Notes: a model not told the origin generated them from the letters alone. A stretch of 64,000 nt of DNA from an uncultured Planctomycetaceae bacterium (GCA_963833985.1 CAWIAD010000002.1:768001-832000), one strand, 5' to 3'; counted from the first letter of the stretch, positions 21,070 to 32,582 are shown. Numbers and translations are program-made.

Positions 21070-22311
21070 ATGCCAGGAGGAACACTCCGGCTCACGATGC
21101 TGCTGGCGTGCCTTGCCTGCATGCTAGCAGAGCCACGGCCCTTGCCCGCCCAGGCGCCGCAAGCTCACGCGCCGGACCCGGTTGCTCCGTCCACCGGCAC
21201 GCCCCCTCGTGACTGGCTGCCGCGCTGGGAGCGAAACATCCAGGCCGATGCGCGAAACCGCTATTGCGACCGCGAGCTCGGTGAGGAGATCGGCTGGCGG
21301 GTCAGCCCGTTCGAGAACGGGTTCCTGGAGGGCTACCTAGTCACGCGTGATACGAAATGGCTTGACCTGCTGGTCGATTGGGGAGACGCGTGGACGGTGC
21401 GCGGGGTCAAGGAGCCCGACGGGTTCCTGGGCTGGCCCAAACCGGAGGGCGCCAGTACCCCCGCAGTGCCCGGTTTCACGACCGATAACATGCTCGGCGA
21501 GGCAATGGGACTGACTCCCCTGGTCCGTATGGCTCGAGTTGTCCGCGACACGCCAGCACTTCAGGGACGCTACCAGACGAAGGCCCTGGGCTACCTGAAG
21601 CTCGCGGAGCAGGAGTTCGAGAAGTGGGACCGGCGCGGCTGCTGGCGCGAGGTCGCGCAGGGCGGTGTGTGGGTCGTTCCTACCTTCGGCGTCGATCTTG
21701 CCGCGGGCCGCTTCACCGCAGGTTACGACCGCCGCTTCACCGATGGCTTTACCAACCCCGCCAACAAGCAGAACCTCACGGCGCTCTGGCTGATCGCGCT
21801 GTATGAAGCCACCGGAAAGCCCGTCTACCGCGACCGGGCCGAGAAATGGTGGCGCGTGATGAAGTCTCGGATCCGGCTCCGCGATGGCGGCAAGACTTAC
21901 GAGTGGAACTACTGGGACCCTGCGGGACCCTGGGACTACAAGCCCGACGGCTCGCCCAGGCACTGGATCGGCGTCCATCCCAACGGCGGCTACTATGCGG
22001 TGGATGTCGAGGGCATCGTGTCCGCATTCGAGCACTCCCTCGTGTTCCGGCGCGACGACATCGACCGCCTCATCGCCACGAACCGCGACTTCATGTGGAA
22101 CCACAAGATCCAGGGGGCGAAGTTTCAGCGCATCGACGGCGGCAGCCCTGATCCGAGGTGGCGAAACTCGCCCGGCACGCTCTGGGTCGCACTGGTTCCC
22201 TACGACGAGACGCTACGGGCGATCTTCGAGGCCAACCACAACCCCGCAAGCTGGGGCGGCCTGAGTTCCACGCCCTGGTACCTGGCGCGCGGGAGTACCA
22301 GAGCAGACTGA
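21070..22311 (+). CDS. secreted hypothetical protein, possibly an (alpha/alpha)-barrel carbohydrate-active enzyme
   Basis: GGAG RBS, signal peptide and W/Y-rich helical repeats (LYEATGKPVYRDRAEKW). No firm family motif. Confidence 0.55.
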   Translation: MPGGTLRLTMLLACLACMLAEPRPLPAQAPQAHAPDPVAPSTGTPPRDWLPRWERNIQADARNRYCDRELGEEIGWRVSPFENGFLEGYLVTRDTKWLDLLVDWGDAWTVRGVKEPDGFLGWPKPEGASTPAVPGFTTDNMLGEAMGLTPLVRMARVVRDTPALQGRYQTKALGYLKLAEQEFEKWDRRGCWREVAQGGVWVVPTFGVDLAAGRFTAGYDRRFTDGFTNPANKQNLTALWLIALYEATGKPVYRDRAEKWWRVMKSRIRLRDGGKTYEWNYWDPAGPWDYKPDGSPRHWIGVHPNGGYYAVDVEGIVSAFEHSLVFRRDDIDRLIATNRDFMWNHKIQGAKFQRIDGGSPDPRWRNSPGTLWVALVPYDETLRAIFEANHNPASWGGLSSTPWYLARGSTRAD

Positions 22312-22517
22312 TCCCGGCCGCTGTTTTCCACTGGGGCGGGGCCTCCTGTTGACTTTGGAGCTGGCGCGGGTAGAGACACAGGGGTACGGCGTGATGCCAC
22401 CAGGGCCGAAGCAGGCCCGGATTCCTTCCTGACACGCGGATGTGCACCGGCCGCCTCTGCGCCTTCCAGCACCCGTCGTCCCACCCTCCCCGCCCCACCG
22501 GAATCAGGAGCACCCCC

Positions 22518-23824
22518 ATGACCCGCTCCGAACTGAGCCACTCGATTTCACGGCGCGACTTCGTGAAGGAGGCCGCGGCCGGTATGGCCATCAGCGGCGG
22601 CCTGTCGCTGGCCCACACGGCCCACGCGGCCGGCAGCGACGTGATCCGCATCGGCGTCATCGGCTGTGGAGGCCGGGGCACCGGGGCAGCGGGCGACGCG
22701 TTGACCGCCGACCCCGGCATCGCCTGGTTGCCCTCTGCGACCTGTTCAAGGACCGCGTCGAATCCAGCCGGTCACTCCTCAAGGCCGAGAAGCCCGAGCA
22801 GGTGCAGGTGGACGATGAACACTGCTTCGTGGGACTCGACGGCTACAAGAAGCTCATTGACAGCGTTGATTACGTGCTCATCGCCTGCGCGGCCAAGTTC
22901 CACGCCATGTACCTGAAGGCTGGCATCGAAGCCGGCAAGCACGTGTTCGTGGAAAAGCCGCACGCCATTGATCCGCTGGGCATCCACGTGATCAAGCAGG
23001 CTACCGCGCTGGCGAAGCAAAAGAACCTGGGCATCCTCTCCGGCCTCATGAGCCGCTTCGCTCCGCCAATCCGCGAGACGGTCCAGCGCGTGCAGGACGG
23101 TCAGATTGGCGAGATCATGTCGATCGAGGAGAACTTCATCCGCGGCCCCTATGGCAGTATCCAGCGCACCGCGGCGATGCGCGAACTCGAGCAGCAATAC
23201 GCCAACCAGTACCGCTTCTCCTGGCTGTGCGGGGACGACGTCGTGCAGTCGCTGGTGCACAACCTCGACCGGGCCACCTGGGCCCTCAATGAGACGCCGC
23301 CGGTGCGCTGCCACGGGCTGGGCGGCCGGTCTGGCCCGCAGAACCTGCTGGGCGACGTGTTCGACCACCACGCCGTGGTTTACCAGTACGCCAGCGGTAT
23401 CCGGCTCTACGCCTTCTGCCGCACGACCCACAATTGCTACAACGAGGATTCCAGCATCATCCTGGGCACGAAAGGCACGGCCCATCTGAAGTCGGGCCGG
23501 ATCACCGGGCAGAAGCCCTGGCATTACACGGGCCCGAACGTGAGCCCCTACGTGGTCGAGCACCAGGAGTTCCTCAGGTCGATCCGTGCGGGTAAGCCGA
23601 TGAACTGCGGTGACTACGCCGCCCGGAGCACGCTTGTGGCCATCATGGGTCAGCTCTCCTGCTACAGCGGCCAGGAGGTCACCTGGGACGAGGTCAGCGC
23701 CTCGGAGTACTTCTTCGCGCCCCGCCCCGAAGCCTGCACCTGGACGATGGAACCGCCGACCAGGCCCGATGCGAACGGGGTTTACCCCGTCTCCGCCGTG
23801 CCCGGCACAACCAGAATCCTCTGA
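22518..23824 (+). CDS. Tat-exported Gfo/Idh/MocA oxidoreductase; 1-nt frameshift near 22721
   Basis: SRRDFVK Tat motif, [19 protein letters not shown] and a QSLVHNLD segment. Confidence 0.9.
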
Positions 23825-23904
23825 GCGTCCCACCGGAGCAGGGCATCCGCGCCTGCCGCTGTGACTGACGGCCTTCCGGCCTGCGCGATAGACTGGCATG
23901 TGTC

Positions 23905-25221
23905 TCAGGTCGTCTTCTTCAAGGGCCCCGGCGGCGGATGGTCGCCCAGGCCGAAGAGGTGGCGGACGGCGGAGAGGATCGGGTGTGGATGGCCGCCGTC
24001 CTGAGGTGCGGTGACGGCCGAGCGGACCGCCGCGCGGGGATGGTGCAGGAACTGGTTCTGAAGCCGCATCGCCATGTGGGCGATCGCCTCGCGGTCGGCC
24101 TCGCTCAGGTTCGGTCGGGTTGCGAACAGGGCGGTCAGCTCACGCTGGCGCAACTGGTCGGCGTGGTTGCCAAGCTGCTGGAGCAGGGCGCCGGCCGCCT
24201 GCTGGTGACGCACCAGGGCACAGCACGCGGCCGTCTCACGCTCGATGATCAGCAATGCCGGATCAACGCTCTTCTGCCTCCGCACGCGGTTCTGCTCGGC
24301 CTGGGCGCGGAGGTCGTCAATGTGGTAGAGCGTCACCTGGTCCAGGTCGCCGATCCTGGGGTCGAAATCGCGCGGGATGGCAATGTCGAGAATCAGCGCG
24401 AGCCGGTTGCGGCGGGCGCGCTGCACGCGGACGTATTGCTCCAGGCTGACCACCGGCTCGGTGGCCGCGGTCGTGCTGACCACCAGGTCGGCCTCGATGA
24501 GCGCCTGGCCCAGGCGGTCGAATGGAATGGCCTGCCCGCTCCAGCGCTCGGCCGCGTACTGGGCCCGGTCGGTGTTCCGGTTGGTGATGAGGATCCGACC
24601 CGGGTTCAGGGCCTTCAGGTGCTGGAGCGTCAGGTCGCCCATCTTGCCGGCGCCAATCACCAGCACGGTCTTGTCGGCGAACGTATCGAAGACTTCCCTG
24701 GCCAGATCCACCGCCACGCTCGCCACGGACAGCCTACCCTGGTCCATGCCGGTCCGTTCGCGCACCAGCTTGCCAACGCGCAACGCGGCCTGGAAGACGG
24801 TGTGGAACACCGGCCCGATCGTCTTCCGCTCGATCGCGGCACGGTAGGCCTCGCGCACCTGGCCAAGGATCTGGCCCTCTCCCAGAATGAGGCTTTCCAG
24901 GCTAGCGGCGACCCGAAACAGGTGACCGACGGCTCCCTCGTCGTGATAGCTGACCAGGTGCCCCGCGAAGAGTTCGGGCCGAACCGCGTGGAACTCCACC
25001 AGGAATTCCATCAGGGCATCCGCATCGGGAACCGATTCCGGGCTGCCCGCCAGGTAGACCTCGACCCGGTTACACGTCGAGAGGATCACGATCTCGTTGC
25101 CTGGAAAGGAGGCTGCCAGCGATTCCAGCCCGCGGCTGCTCTTCGGCTCATCAAAGGCGAGCGCCTCGCGGACGGAGGCCGGCGCGGAGCGATGGTCGAC
25201 GCCCACGGCGAGCAGTTTCAC
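23905..25221 (-). CDS. hemA: glutamyl-tRNA reductase
   Basis: Motifs LSTCNRVE, GEGQILGQV, IGAGKMG and DIAIPRD. Confidence 0.96.
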   Translation of the reverse strand: MKLLAVGVDHRSAPASVREALAFDEPKSSRGLESLAASFPGNEIVILSTCNRVEVYLAGSPESVPDADALMEFLVEFHAVRPELFAGHLVSYHDEGAVGHLFRVAASLESLILGEGQILGQVREAYRAAIERKTIGPVFHTVFQAALRVGKLVRERTGMDQGRLSVASVAVDLAREVFDTFADKTVLVIGAGKMGDLTLQHLKALNPGRILITNRNTDRAQYAAERWSGQAIPFDRLGQALIEADLVVSTTAATEPVVSLEQYVRVQRARRNRLALILDIAIPRDFDPRIGDLDQVTLYHIDDLRAQAEQNRVRRQKSVDPALLIIERETAACCALVRHQQAAGALLQQLGNHADQLRQRELTALFATRPNLSEADREAIAHMAMRLQNQFLHHPRAAVRSAVTAPQDGGHPHPILSAVRHLFGLGDHPPPGPLKKTT

Positions 25222-26086
25222 GGCCGCCCTCCCCCCGGCCGCACTCCTCCATGGGCGGTCGGCAGGTGCAGAGCCTCAACTCCCACCCACGTGAACACCA
25301 GGAAGGCGAACGCCACGATCGTCAGCATCATCACGCTCCGGCCGCGCAGGGCCGGCCGGAACCGGGCATGCAGCAGGACCGCGAACACAAACCACATTCC
25401 CAGGGCGCTTACGACCTTGGGATCGGACCAGCTCAGGGTCAACCCGGCTTCCGGCCAGAACCGCCGCGCCTCCACGCTCAGGACCATGCCAATCAAGAGG
25501 CCAAAGGTCAGCAGGGGAAATGCGGCCGTGATGGCACCGCGGTTCACCCGTTCGGATTGCTCGAGGCTGGGCAAGGCGATCCCGAACCGCCCCGGTCGCT
25601 TCGACTTCAGACGCCGCATCTGGGCCAGGTACATGAGGCCGGCCGCGAACGCCAGGCAGGTGGACACCGCGCCACCCAGCAAGAAGATGCCATGCACCGT
25701 TCCCCAGAAGGCCAACATGCCGGCTTCCAGCCAGTCCGACTCCCGGGCGCGAACCAGCCGGCCGCGACCACCAGCCCAAGAACGAGGGGAAGCACGAACA
25801 GGCCAACGGCAACATTCCGCGGCCAGTGGATCATGAAATAGATGCCGATCAGGGCAACAATCCATGCCAGCACCATGACCGATTCGAACGCCGTGGTCAC
25901 CGGCAGGAGGCTCTGTTCCTTGAATGCCAGGTTGGCCAGGAACGCCGTCTGCACGAGCCAGCCCAGGGAGGTGAGCCCGACCGTGAGGTACCAGCGAAAG
26001 GGACTGCGCACCACTAGCCGCGCCAGCTCGCAAAGCAGAGCCAAGCCGTAGGTGCCCGCAAAACAGAGAACCTTGAGCCGATCCAT
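25218..26086 (-). CDS. cytochrome c assembly (CcsA/HemX-like) membrane protein; 1-nt frameshift near 25745
   Basis: Multi-pass membrane protein with HG..L, MYL.Q...LK, LPSLE and WSDPKV motifs; overlaps the hemA start. Confidence 0.8.
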
Positions 26087-26424
26087 GCCGACGACGCTCC
26101 GGGCGCCAGGCGGTCCTGATAAGCAGGCTGCGGAACCCGTCGCCGACCCGGCGCTACCCCGCGACGGGTTGCCACCAGCTTGACCACGCCCGGGCGCCAC
26201 ACTGGCCTGGATGATGGAGGTTATTGTAGGATTCCAGGCTGCGAAATTGCAGCCCCAGATCGGGTTGACCGGTACGGCAAGGCCCTGCCTCCTCGCTGTG
26301 CCGCCTGTCCAGGGGCCGGTGAACCCGGCTATTCAGCGCTCCGTTGCTTCGTCACGATGAACGAGGGCCTCTGGAGTCATCGGTTCGGAACGACGGCTAA
26401 TTTTCCTCAACACGTAGACATTGC

Positions 26425-27624
26425 ATGCCGCGCCGCGATTCACCGCGATCACCGTCCCGTACGGACTCCCCGCGCCGGCCCTCGGGGCACACCGCCCGCC
26501 CGCCCGGCCGCTTTCGCGGGCGAGCCGTGTGGCTGGGCATCCTCACGCTCATGGGCGGGCTCGGGGGAGTGCTCATCCTGGCGTCGTTCGGGCCACAGAA
26601 CCCCTCGCTGCTGCGCAACCGGGCGGATGCCGCGGCCAGGGCCGGTGACTGGCCGACCGCCGCGGACCTCTGGCACCAGGTCAATACCACCGATCGGGCC
26701 TCGAGCACGAGCTATCTCGGGGAGGGCCGGGCTTGCCTGGCGATCGGCCGGGCCGGCCAGGCCGAGCAGGCCCTGCGCAAGGCCGCAATGGCCGAGCCGA
26801 CAGACCCGGACGCCTGGCTCTTGCTGCTGGAAGTATTCCGGGTCGAGGACCGGTGGATCGACGCCCTGCTCCTCGGCTGGCCCGCACTGGAAAGGGTTGC
26901 CCTGGAGGCGCAACCACAGGTCCTCCGCGAGCTGACCCTGGCCGCCCTCACCGATCTGCCCGACGAGCTGGCGCGGACGACCCTGAAACGCTGGATCGAG
27001 GCCGATCCAGATGACCTGAACGCACGGGCGGCCCTCTTGCGGCGGATGGGCAGCGAGCCCCGGGCCGATGATCCCGACCGGGAGGCGCGGATCGCCACGC
27101 TCGCGTCCATGCTGGCCAGCCATCCTCGGCACGTGGGTGTGCGTGACGCGCTCGTGTCGGCGCTTGCCGATGCCGGCGAGCCGGAGGCTGGCCGTACGCT
27201 GCTGGAATCGTGGCCGCCAGATCAGCGCGACGGCCGCTACTGGCGGCTCCGCGGCCTCTGGGACCTCGAACATGATCAACGTCCTCAAGCCGCGGTCACC
27301 GCGCTGCGTGCGGCTCTGGCCGATTTTCCCCACGACTGGCGCATCCACTACCGGCTCGCCCGAGCCTTGCGCGCTCTCGGCCGCAGCGAGGAAGCGCACC
27401 ACGAGGCCGAGACCGTCGGCCGCATCCGCGAGCTGCTCGACCCGCTCGCCCTGGGGCCGGTCCTGGACGAAGCGTTCAAGCACCTCGACAGCTCCGGCGC
27501 CGGAACACTGGCGCAGCTCTGCGCGCGCGTGGGATTGACCCGGCTGGCCGACCGCTGGCGCTCCCTCGGATCCGTTGAATCCCGGCAACGAGAGGTTCAG
27601 GAAAGAAACACCGGGCGGCTCTGA
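26425..27624 (+). CDS. membrane-anchored tetratricopeptide repeat protein
   Basis: N-terminal transmembrane segment followed by TPR-like A/L-rich repeats (GRAGQAEQALRKA, HYRLARALRALGR..EA). Confidence 0.75.
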   Translation: MPRRDSPRSPSRTDSPRRPSGHTARPPGRFRGRAVWLGILTLMGGLGGVLILASFGPQNPSLLRNRADAAARAGDWPTAADLWHQVNTTDRASSTSYLGEGRACLAIGRAGQAEQALRKAAMAEPTDPDAWLLLLEVFRVEDRWIDALLLGWPALERVALEAQPQVLRELTLAALTDLPDELARTTLKRWIEADPDDLNARAALLRRMGSEPRADDPDREARIATLASMLASHPRHVGVRDALVSALADAGEPEAGRTLLESWPPDQRDGRYWRLRGLWDLEHDQRPQAAVTALRAALADFPHDWRIHYRLARALRALGRSEEAHHEAETVGRIRELLDPLALGPVLDEAFKHLDSSGAGTLAQLCARVGLTRLADRWRSLGSVESRQREVQERNTGRL

Positions 27625-27831
27625 ACCAAGATTCAGTCACCGGACACCCGGCCTTCGGGTATAACAAGTAGAGTGCAACTCGTGACGGCGGCGGCTCAGC
27701 CAGGTTCGCTGCGGTCCACACTTCCAATCGCTGCACACTCTCTTCTGTCGCTCCGGATCGGCCGTGCCTGGCTGCCCGTGGTCGGCATCTCGACTTCCGG
27801 GACATGAGTTGCTTCGGGAACCGAGGAGATC

Positions 27832-28917
27832 ATGACGATGCCTTACCTGGATCTTGATCTCGACCGCGAGGAATCACGGTTGACGATCCACGGCGTTCCC
27901 TCGACCGGCAACATGGCAACGTCAGCGGCCGGAGAGCTGAGAGAAAGCGATCCGGATGGCCCCGCGCTCACCGAAGTCCCCGGCCGGGTGCTTCTGATTG
28001 AGCCGAACTCGGACGAGCGCTGCTGGCTGCGTAACGAACTCATCACCGGACACATGGAAGTCTTTGAAGCGACCGACATGATCTCCGCCCTGCGTTCGCT
28101 GGCGATGTTCCGGCCCAACATCATCCTCGCCCAGCTGCGATTGCCAACCTACAATGGGCTCGAACTGGTGCGCCGGCTCAAGCGCGAGAGCGCCACGCAA
28201 TCAACCCCGGTATTGCTCTACACCGACATGGCTTCCGCCGGCGAGCGGATCCAGGCGCTCAACCTGGGAGCCAGCGACCTGGTCTCCAAACCGTTCGTGG
28301 CGGCCGAACTGATCGCACGGCTCCGCGTGGCACTGCGCACGCGGCACCTCCTGACCATCCTGGAGCAGCGGGCACACCTCGACGGCCTCACGGGTCTGGC
28401 CAATCGGGGCGTCCTGGAAGACCGTCTGCCCCGCGAGTGGGTCGCCTGCCGTCGCCGTCAGTCTGCCCTGGCCGTGATGATCACTGACCTGGATCATTTC
28501 AAGGCGATCAATGATTGCCACGGCCATGCCGCCGGCGACAGCGTGCTCCGCCAGTCGGCCGCCCTCCTGGCCCGGATCATCCGTGCCAGCGACCTGGTCG
28601 CCCGCTACGGCGGCGAGGAGTTCGTGGTGGTGGCCCCGGATTGTGAGATCGGCCCGGCTGTGCGGCTCGCCGAACGGTTCCGCACGGCACTGGCCGAACA
28701 TCCGATCGACGAGAATGGCATCGCGATTTCGGTCACGGCCAGCGTGGGCGTCGCTTCCGTCTCGGACCTGACCGGCTCGAACCCCGCCGAATTGCTCAAG
28801 CGGGCCGACGAAGCCCTTTACCAGGCCAAGCGGGCCGGCCGCAATGCCACCTGGTACTGGGAGCAGGGACAAACCGGTCCGGTTCCGGCGACCGACGACG
28901 TCCTCGCCACACGCTGA
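27832..28917 (+). CDS. diguanylate cyclase with a degenerate receiver domain
   Basis: Motifs DGLTGLANR, DLDHFK.IND..GH..GD and RASD-x5-GGEEF. REC-like N-terminus. Confidence 0.92.
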   Translation: MTMPYLDLDLDREESRLTIHGVPSTGNMATSAAGELRESDPDGPALTEVPGRVLLIEPNSDERCWLRNELITGHMEVFEATDMISALRSLAMFRPNIILAQLRLPTYNGLELVRRLKRESATQSTPVLLYTDMASAGERIQALNLGASDLVSKPFVAAELIARLRVALRTRHLLTILEQRAHLDGLTGLANRGVLEDRLPREWVACRRRQSALAVMITDLDHFKAINDCHGHAAGDSVLRQSAALLARIIRASDLVARYGGEEFVVVAPDCEIGPAVRLAERFRTALAEHPIDENGIAISVTASVGVASVSDLTGSNPAELLKRADEALYQAKRAGRNATWYWEQGQTGPVPATDDVLATR

Positions 28918-28927
28918 GGGCCGCGGC

Positions 28928-30262
28928 TCACGACCGCCTGGAACCAATACCGGTCTCTGCCATGGCCCGGCCCATGCCATGGTAGGTGAATCCAAGCGCT
29001 GCCATCCGCGCGGCATCGTAGACGTTCCGCCCGTCGAAGACGACGGGCTGCCTCAAGAGCCGCGACATGATCTCAAAATCGGGATTGCGAAACTCGTTCC
29101 ACTCGGTGGCAATCACCAGCGCATCGGCTTGCTCGAGAGCCCCGTAAGGCCGGTCGCAGTAGGTCAAACGATGGCCGTAGATCGCCTGCACATTCGGCAA
29201 CGCCTCGGGATCGTGAACTCGCAGTGCCACGCCGGCCTCGAGCAGCGAATCGATCAGCACCAGGGCGGGCGCCTCGCGGATATCGTCGGTACGCGGCTTG
29301 AAGGCCAGGCCCCAGATCGCAATCGTACGGTCCCGCAGGGAACCGTTGAAGTGAGCGTGGATCTTGCGGAAGAGCACGTTCTTCTGCATCTCGTTCACTC
29401 GGTCCACGGCCTCCATCATCTCCGCCGGCAGCCCCCGTGACTGGGCCATGTGAATCACCGCGCGGATGTCCTTCGGGAAGCAACTGCCGCCGTAACCGAC
29501 CCCCGGATGCAGGAAGTGGAAGCCGATCCGCTGGTCGTGGCCGATGCCCCGGCGCACGTCATTGATATCCGCGCCATAGGCCTCGCACAGGTTGGCCATC
29601 TCGTTGATGAAGCTGATCTTCGTGGCCAGCAAGCAGTTGGCCACGTACTTGGTCATCTCGGCACTCTCCGGCGACATCACCAGGAACGGCCGATCGGTCC
29701 GCAGAAAAGGCGCATAAAGCTCGTGCAACCGTTCAGCGACCTCGGGCTTGCGCGCTCCCACCACCACCCGATCCGGCTTGTTGAAGTCCTCGATGGCCGC
29801 ACCTTCCTTGAGAAACTCAGGGTTGCTGGCCACGTCGAACGTCACCCTGGCCACTTCGCCCATCCGGCGCGCCAGCTCGGCGTTGGTTCCAACAGGCACC
29901 GTGCTCTTGACCACGATGATCTTGGGCGAGCGGAGCACCTCGGCCACCTGGCGGCCGACCGCCCAGATGCCGCTCAGGTCCGCGCCCCCATCGTCGCCCT
30001 GGGGCGTGCCCACCGCGATGAAGACAATCTCGGCCTCCTCGATCCCCGCGGCCAGGTCGGTCGTGAATGTGAGCCGGCCGTCCCGCTGGTTGCGGTGCAC
30101 CAGCTCGCTCAGGCCCGGCTCGTAAATCGGGATCTGGCCGTTGTTCAGCCCGTCGATCTTGGCCGCAACCTTGTCAACGCAGACAACGTCGTTGCCACTC
30201 TCGGCCAGGCAGGTGCCCTGGACGAGTCCCACATACCCCGTTCCGATCACTGCGATTTTCAC
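28928..30262 (-). CDS. ugd: UDP-glucose 6-dehydrogenase
   Basis: Motifs [34 protein letters not shown] and GLAFKP.TDDIRE. Confidence 0.95.
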   Translation of the reverse strand: MKIAVIGTGYVGLVQGTCLAESGNDVVCVDKVAAKIDGLNNGQIPIYEPGLSELVHRNQRDGRLTFTTDLAAGIEEAEIVFIAVGTPQGDDGGADLSGIWAVGRQVAEVLRSPKIIVVKSTVPVGTNAELARRMGEVARVTFDVASNPEFLKEGAAIEDFNKPDRVVVGARKPEVAERLHELYAPFLRTDRPFLVMSPESAEMTKYVANCLLATKISFINEMANLCEAYGADINDVRRGIGHDQRIGFHFLHPGVGYGGSCFPKDIRAVIHMAQSRGLPAEMMEAVDRVNEMQKNVLFRKIHAHFNGSLRDRTIAIWGLAFKPRTDDIREAPALVLIDSLLEAGVALRVHDPEALPNVQAIYGHRLTYCDRPYGALEQADALVIATEWNEFRNPDFEIMSRLLRQPVVFDGRNVYDAARMAALGFTYHGMGRAMAETGIGSRRS

Positions 30263-30387
30263 GACGCGGCTCTCTTCCTTGTTCCAGCGATCCCCCGAGA
30301 CCAACTTTCCACGCCCGGCTCGTCCGCATTATTCATAGAACGAATTGATCCAGCAAGATCCTGAGCCCTCAGCAGGTGTACGAGAAT

Positions 30388-31017
30388 TCATGACCGGTTC
30401 TCCTCAATGCATTGCAGCACAGCCTGGCGAACGGCTTCCGAACCGTGTTCAGTCCAGAGCGAGATCCAGCGGGGATTCGCCCAGTCGCGGAGCAGTCGGC
30501 GCCGGGCTACCGGATCGGCCACGCGGTCGAGGACCACTGGGCGAAGCTCGGCGAACACGGCCGCCAGGCCGGCCGCGGCTGGCCCCAGCGCCTGGGCTGC
30601 CTGATCGCGAAGCACCGCGGCCAGGGCAGGACTTGCTCCCGAGGTCGACACCGTCACGACCAGCGGCCCCGACCTCCAGACGGCGGGAACCTGGAAATCC
30701 CCCGATCCGGGATCGCTTGCCGAGCAGGCCCAGACGCCGATCCGCCGGGCGTCGGCAACGACCCGTGCATTCACATCCTCCGGCCCGGCCGCAATCACCA
30801 GGCTTGCACCTTCCAGCAGGGCCGCGTGGTAGGGCCCGGCGATCACCTCCAGGCCCGCAACCTCCCTCAGATCCAGTGTCCCGGCCGCCGGATCCACTCC
30901 GACCACCCGCGCCCCGGCCGCCAGCAGTCCGCCCGCCCTGCGCCGGCCCACAATCCCCAGGCCCACGACCACCGCCGTCCGCCCCCGCATCTCCAGCTCG
31001 ATCGCATACCCCGGCAT
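30388..31017 (-). CDS. precorrin-2 dehydrogenase / sirohydrochlorin ferrochelatase (SirC/Met8-like)
   Basis: Motifs VVVGLGIVGRRR, DF.VPA and VSTSGASPALA. Confidence 0.85.
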   Translation of the reverse strand: MPGYAIELEMRGRTAVVVGLGIVGRRRAGGLLAAGARVVGVDPAAGTLDLREVAGLEVIAGPYHAALLEGASLVIAAGPEDVNARVVADARRIGVWACSASDPGSGDFQVPAVWRSGPLVVTVSTSGASPALAAVLRDQAAQALGPAAAGLAAVFAELRPVVLDRVADPVARRRLLRDWANPRWISLWTEHGSEAVRQAVLQCIEENRS

Positions 31018-31112
31018 GACGCTTCAGTCCCTTAGTCCCCCCCCTCAAACCTTTCTCTACTCTCAATCTATGGCCGTCCACGCGCTACTGTGGCCAGCCT
31101 TCTTCTCCCCAT

Positions 31113-32582
31113 CTATCCTTCTTTTCTCCCGATCAGGGTGCAGCTTTCGCCGTTCGTCCTCTCCCCATCATCCTTTTCTTCATCCCCGCTTGCTCTCGAT
31201 CGCTCCTCATTCCCGCCCCCTCCACTCGCATCCTGCCCGAGGCGCGTGCCCGATTGGCTCCGTTCTGGCGTCCCTTTTCGCTCCGCAACGACTGCATCCT
31301 CTTTACCACTATCAACTTGCGTCGCCACCAGATTGGCTTCGTTCAAGACACCCCGAGAAACTCGTGGTGAACCACCCGTAGGGTGGGTCAGCGCAGCGCA
31401 ACCCACTGGCTTGCAGACCTTTACGTGCGGTGAGATACCCCCGCCCAACGACATCCCGGGACCATCCCCTTCGTTCCGGCCGTTGCGCGATTCATCGTGT
31501 GGTTGACGTGCGACTGGCTCCGGCGCGGGGCCGATCTGCGGCTCATGGACAACCGGCATGGGGGGGCGGTCGGCTTCATTATTGTTGTCGGCGCCGAGCT
31601 CGGCTTTTTGCAGCTTCGACAGCGTGGTCAGCGTACGCAGCAGCTCACGGGTCAGCGCACCCTGGTGCCGGCGCAGGACCGCGACGGCCTTGCTGGCGGC
31701 GAAGACCGCGCGGTCGGGCTCGGCGTCGGCTTCGATCTGCTCCAGGTCCTCGTGCTCGCCGAGCCGCGCTTCCAGCCGGTGGATCGCCTCGTCCACGATC
31801 GAGCTGAGGACCTCCCAGCCCTCTTTCGGGTTCGCCGGCGGGCGCGACAGGCGCCGCCACGGCATCGCGCCGCTGAAATAAGGGCCGGAGCTGGCCTTCA
31901 TGTTGCGGAACAGCTCCCAGAGCTCGCGGCCCTGACCCGGCTCGATCGCGTCGACGGCCTGGAATACGCGGTTGGCGGCCGGGTCGATCATCCCTTCCAG
32001 GAAGCTCTTGCCCATGAGCCGCAGGAATCGGTAGTGGTCGGTTTCGCTCCAGGCGGCCCGCACGTCGATGAGGTTGCGGAACTCGGACCACCGCGCGAGG
32101 AGCCAGCGGCAGCCCTCGGGGAGCTGCTCCAGCCGGGCCAGGAACACGGCGGGCATGTCGTCGTAGTACTCGGCCTTGCCGAACCGCTCACGCGGGTCGA
32201 GCGTGTCCAGCAGCTTGCGGCCCAGGATGTGGGCCTGCTTCAGCCGCGTGGCCTCGTCGCGGTCGCGCTGGCGGTGCACGCGAGCCGCGAGGTAAGCCGT
32301 CTCGGCCCGCTCGGCGCGGTCGATCTGCCAGTCGAGGCGTGCGGCATGGCCGACCAGGGTGCGTTCGACGTCGTTGCGCGGCACGAGTTCGAACGTCCAC
32401 TGCAAGATCCGTTCGGCGAGCTCCTTCGGATCTTCCTGTGGCAGGACGGGGATGGCGATGCGGGCGTTGGCGCCATGCCTCAGCGCGTTGAGCCGTGCGC
32501 GGGCCTTGCCCTGATCGCTCTTCGGCCCCGTGCTTTTTGCGGCGTTGCGGCGATTGGCCGCGATCTGGGCTGTGGTGGCCAC
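31113..32582 (-). CDS. hypothetical protein with N-terminal AQIAANRRNA.KSTGP.S..GK...LNALRHG motif
   Basis: Recognisable N-terminal motif, helical core and low-complexity C-terminus. Confidence 0.7.
   Translation of the reverse strand: MATTAQIAANRRNAAKSTGPKSDQGKARARLNALRHGANARIAIPVLPQEDPKELAERILQWTFELVPRNDVERTLVGHAARLDWQIDRAERAETAYLAARVHRQRDRDEATRLKQAHILGRKLLDTLDPRERFGKAEYYDDMPAVFLARLEQLPEGCRWLLARWSEFRNLIDVRAAWSETDHYRFLRLMGKSFLEGMIDPAANRVFQAVDAIEPGQGRELWELFRNMKASSGPYFSGAMPWRRLSRPPANPKEGWEVLSSIVDEAIHRLEARLGEHEDLEQIEADAEPDRAVFAASKAVAVLRRHQGALTRELLRTLTTLSKLQKAELGADNNNEADRPPMPVVHEPQIGPAPEPVARQPHDESRNGRNEGDGPGMSLGGGISPHVKVCKPVGCAALTHPTGGSPRVSRGVLNEANLVATQVDSGKEDAVVAERKGTPERSQSGTRLGQDASGGGGNEERSRASGDEEKDDGERTNGESCTLIGRKEG
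31378..31406 (+). repeat. GTAG-type REP-like palindrome inside the 3' end of the 31113-32582 ORF
   Basis: GTAG-G-GTGGGT-CA-GCG-CAG-CGC-A-ACCCAC: GTAG tetranucleotide followed by a hairpin. Confidence 0.6.
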
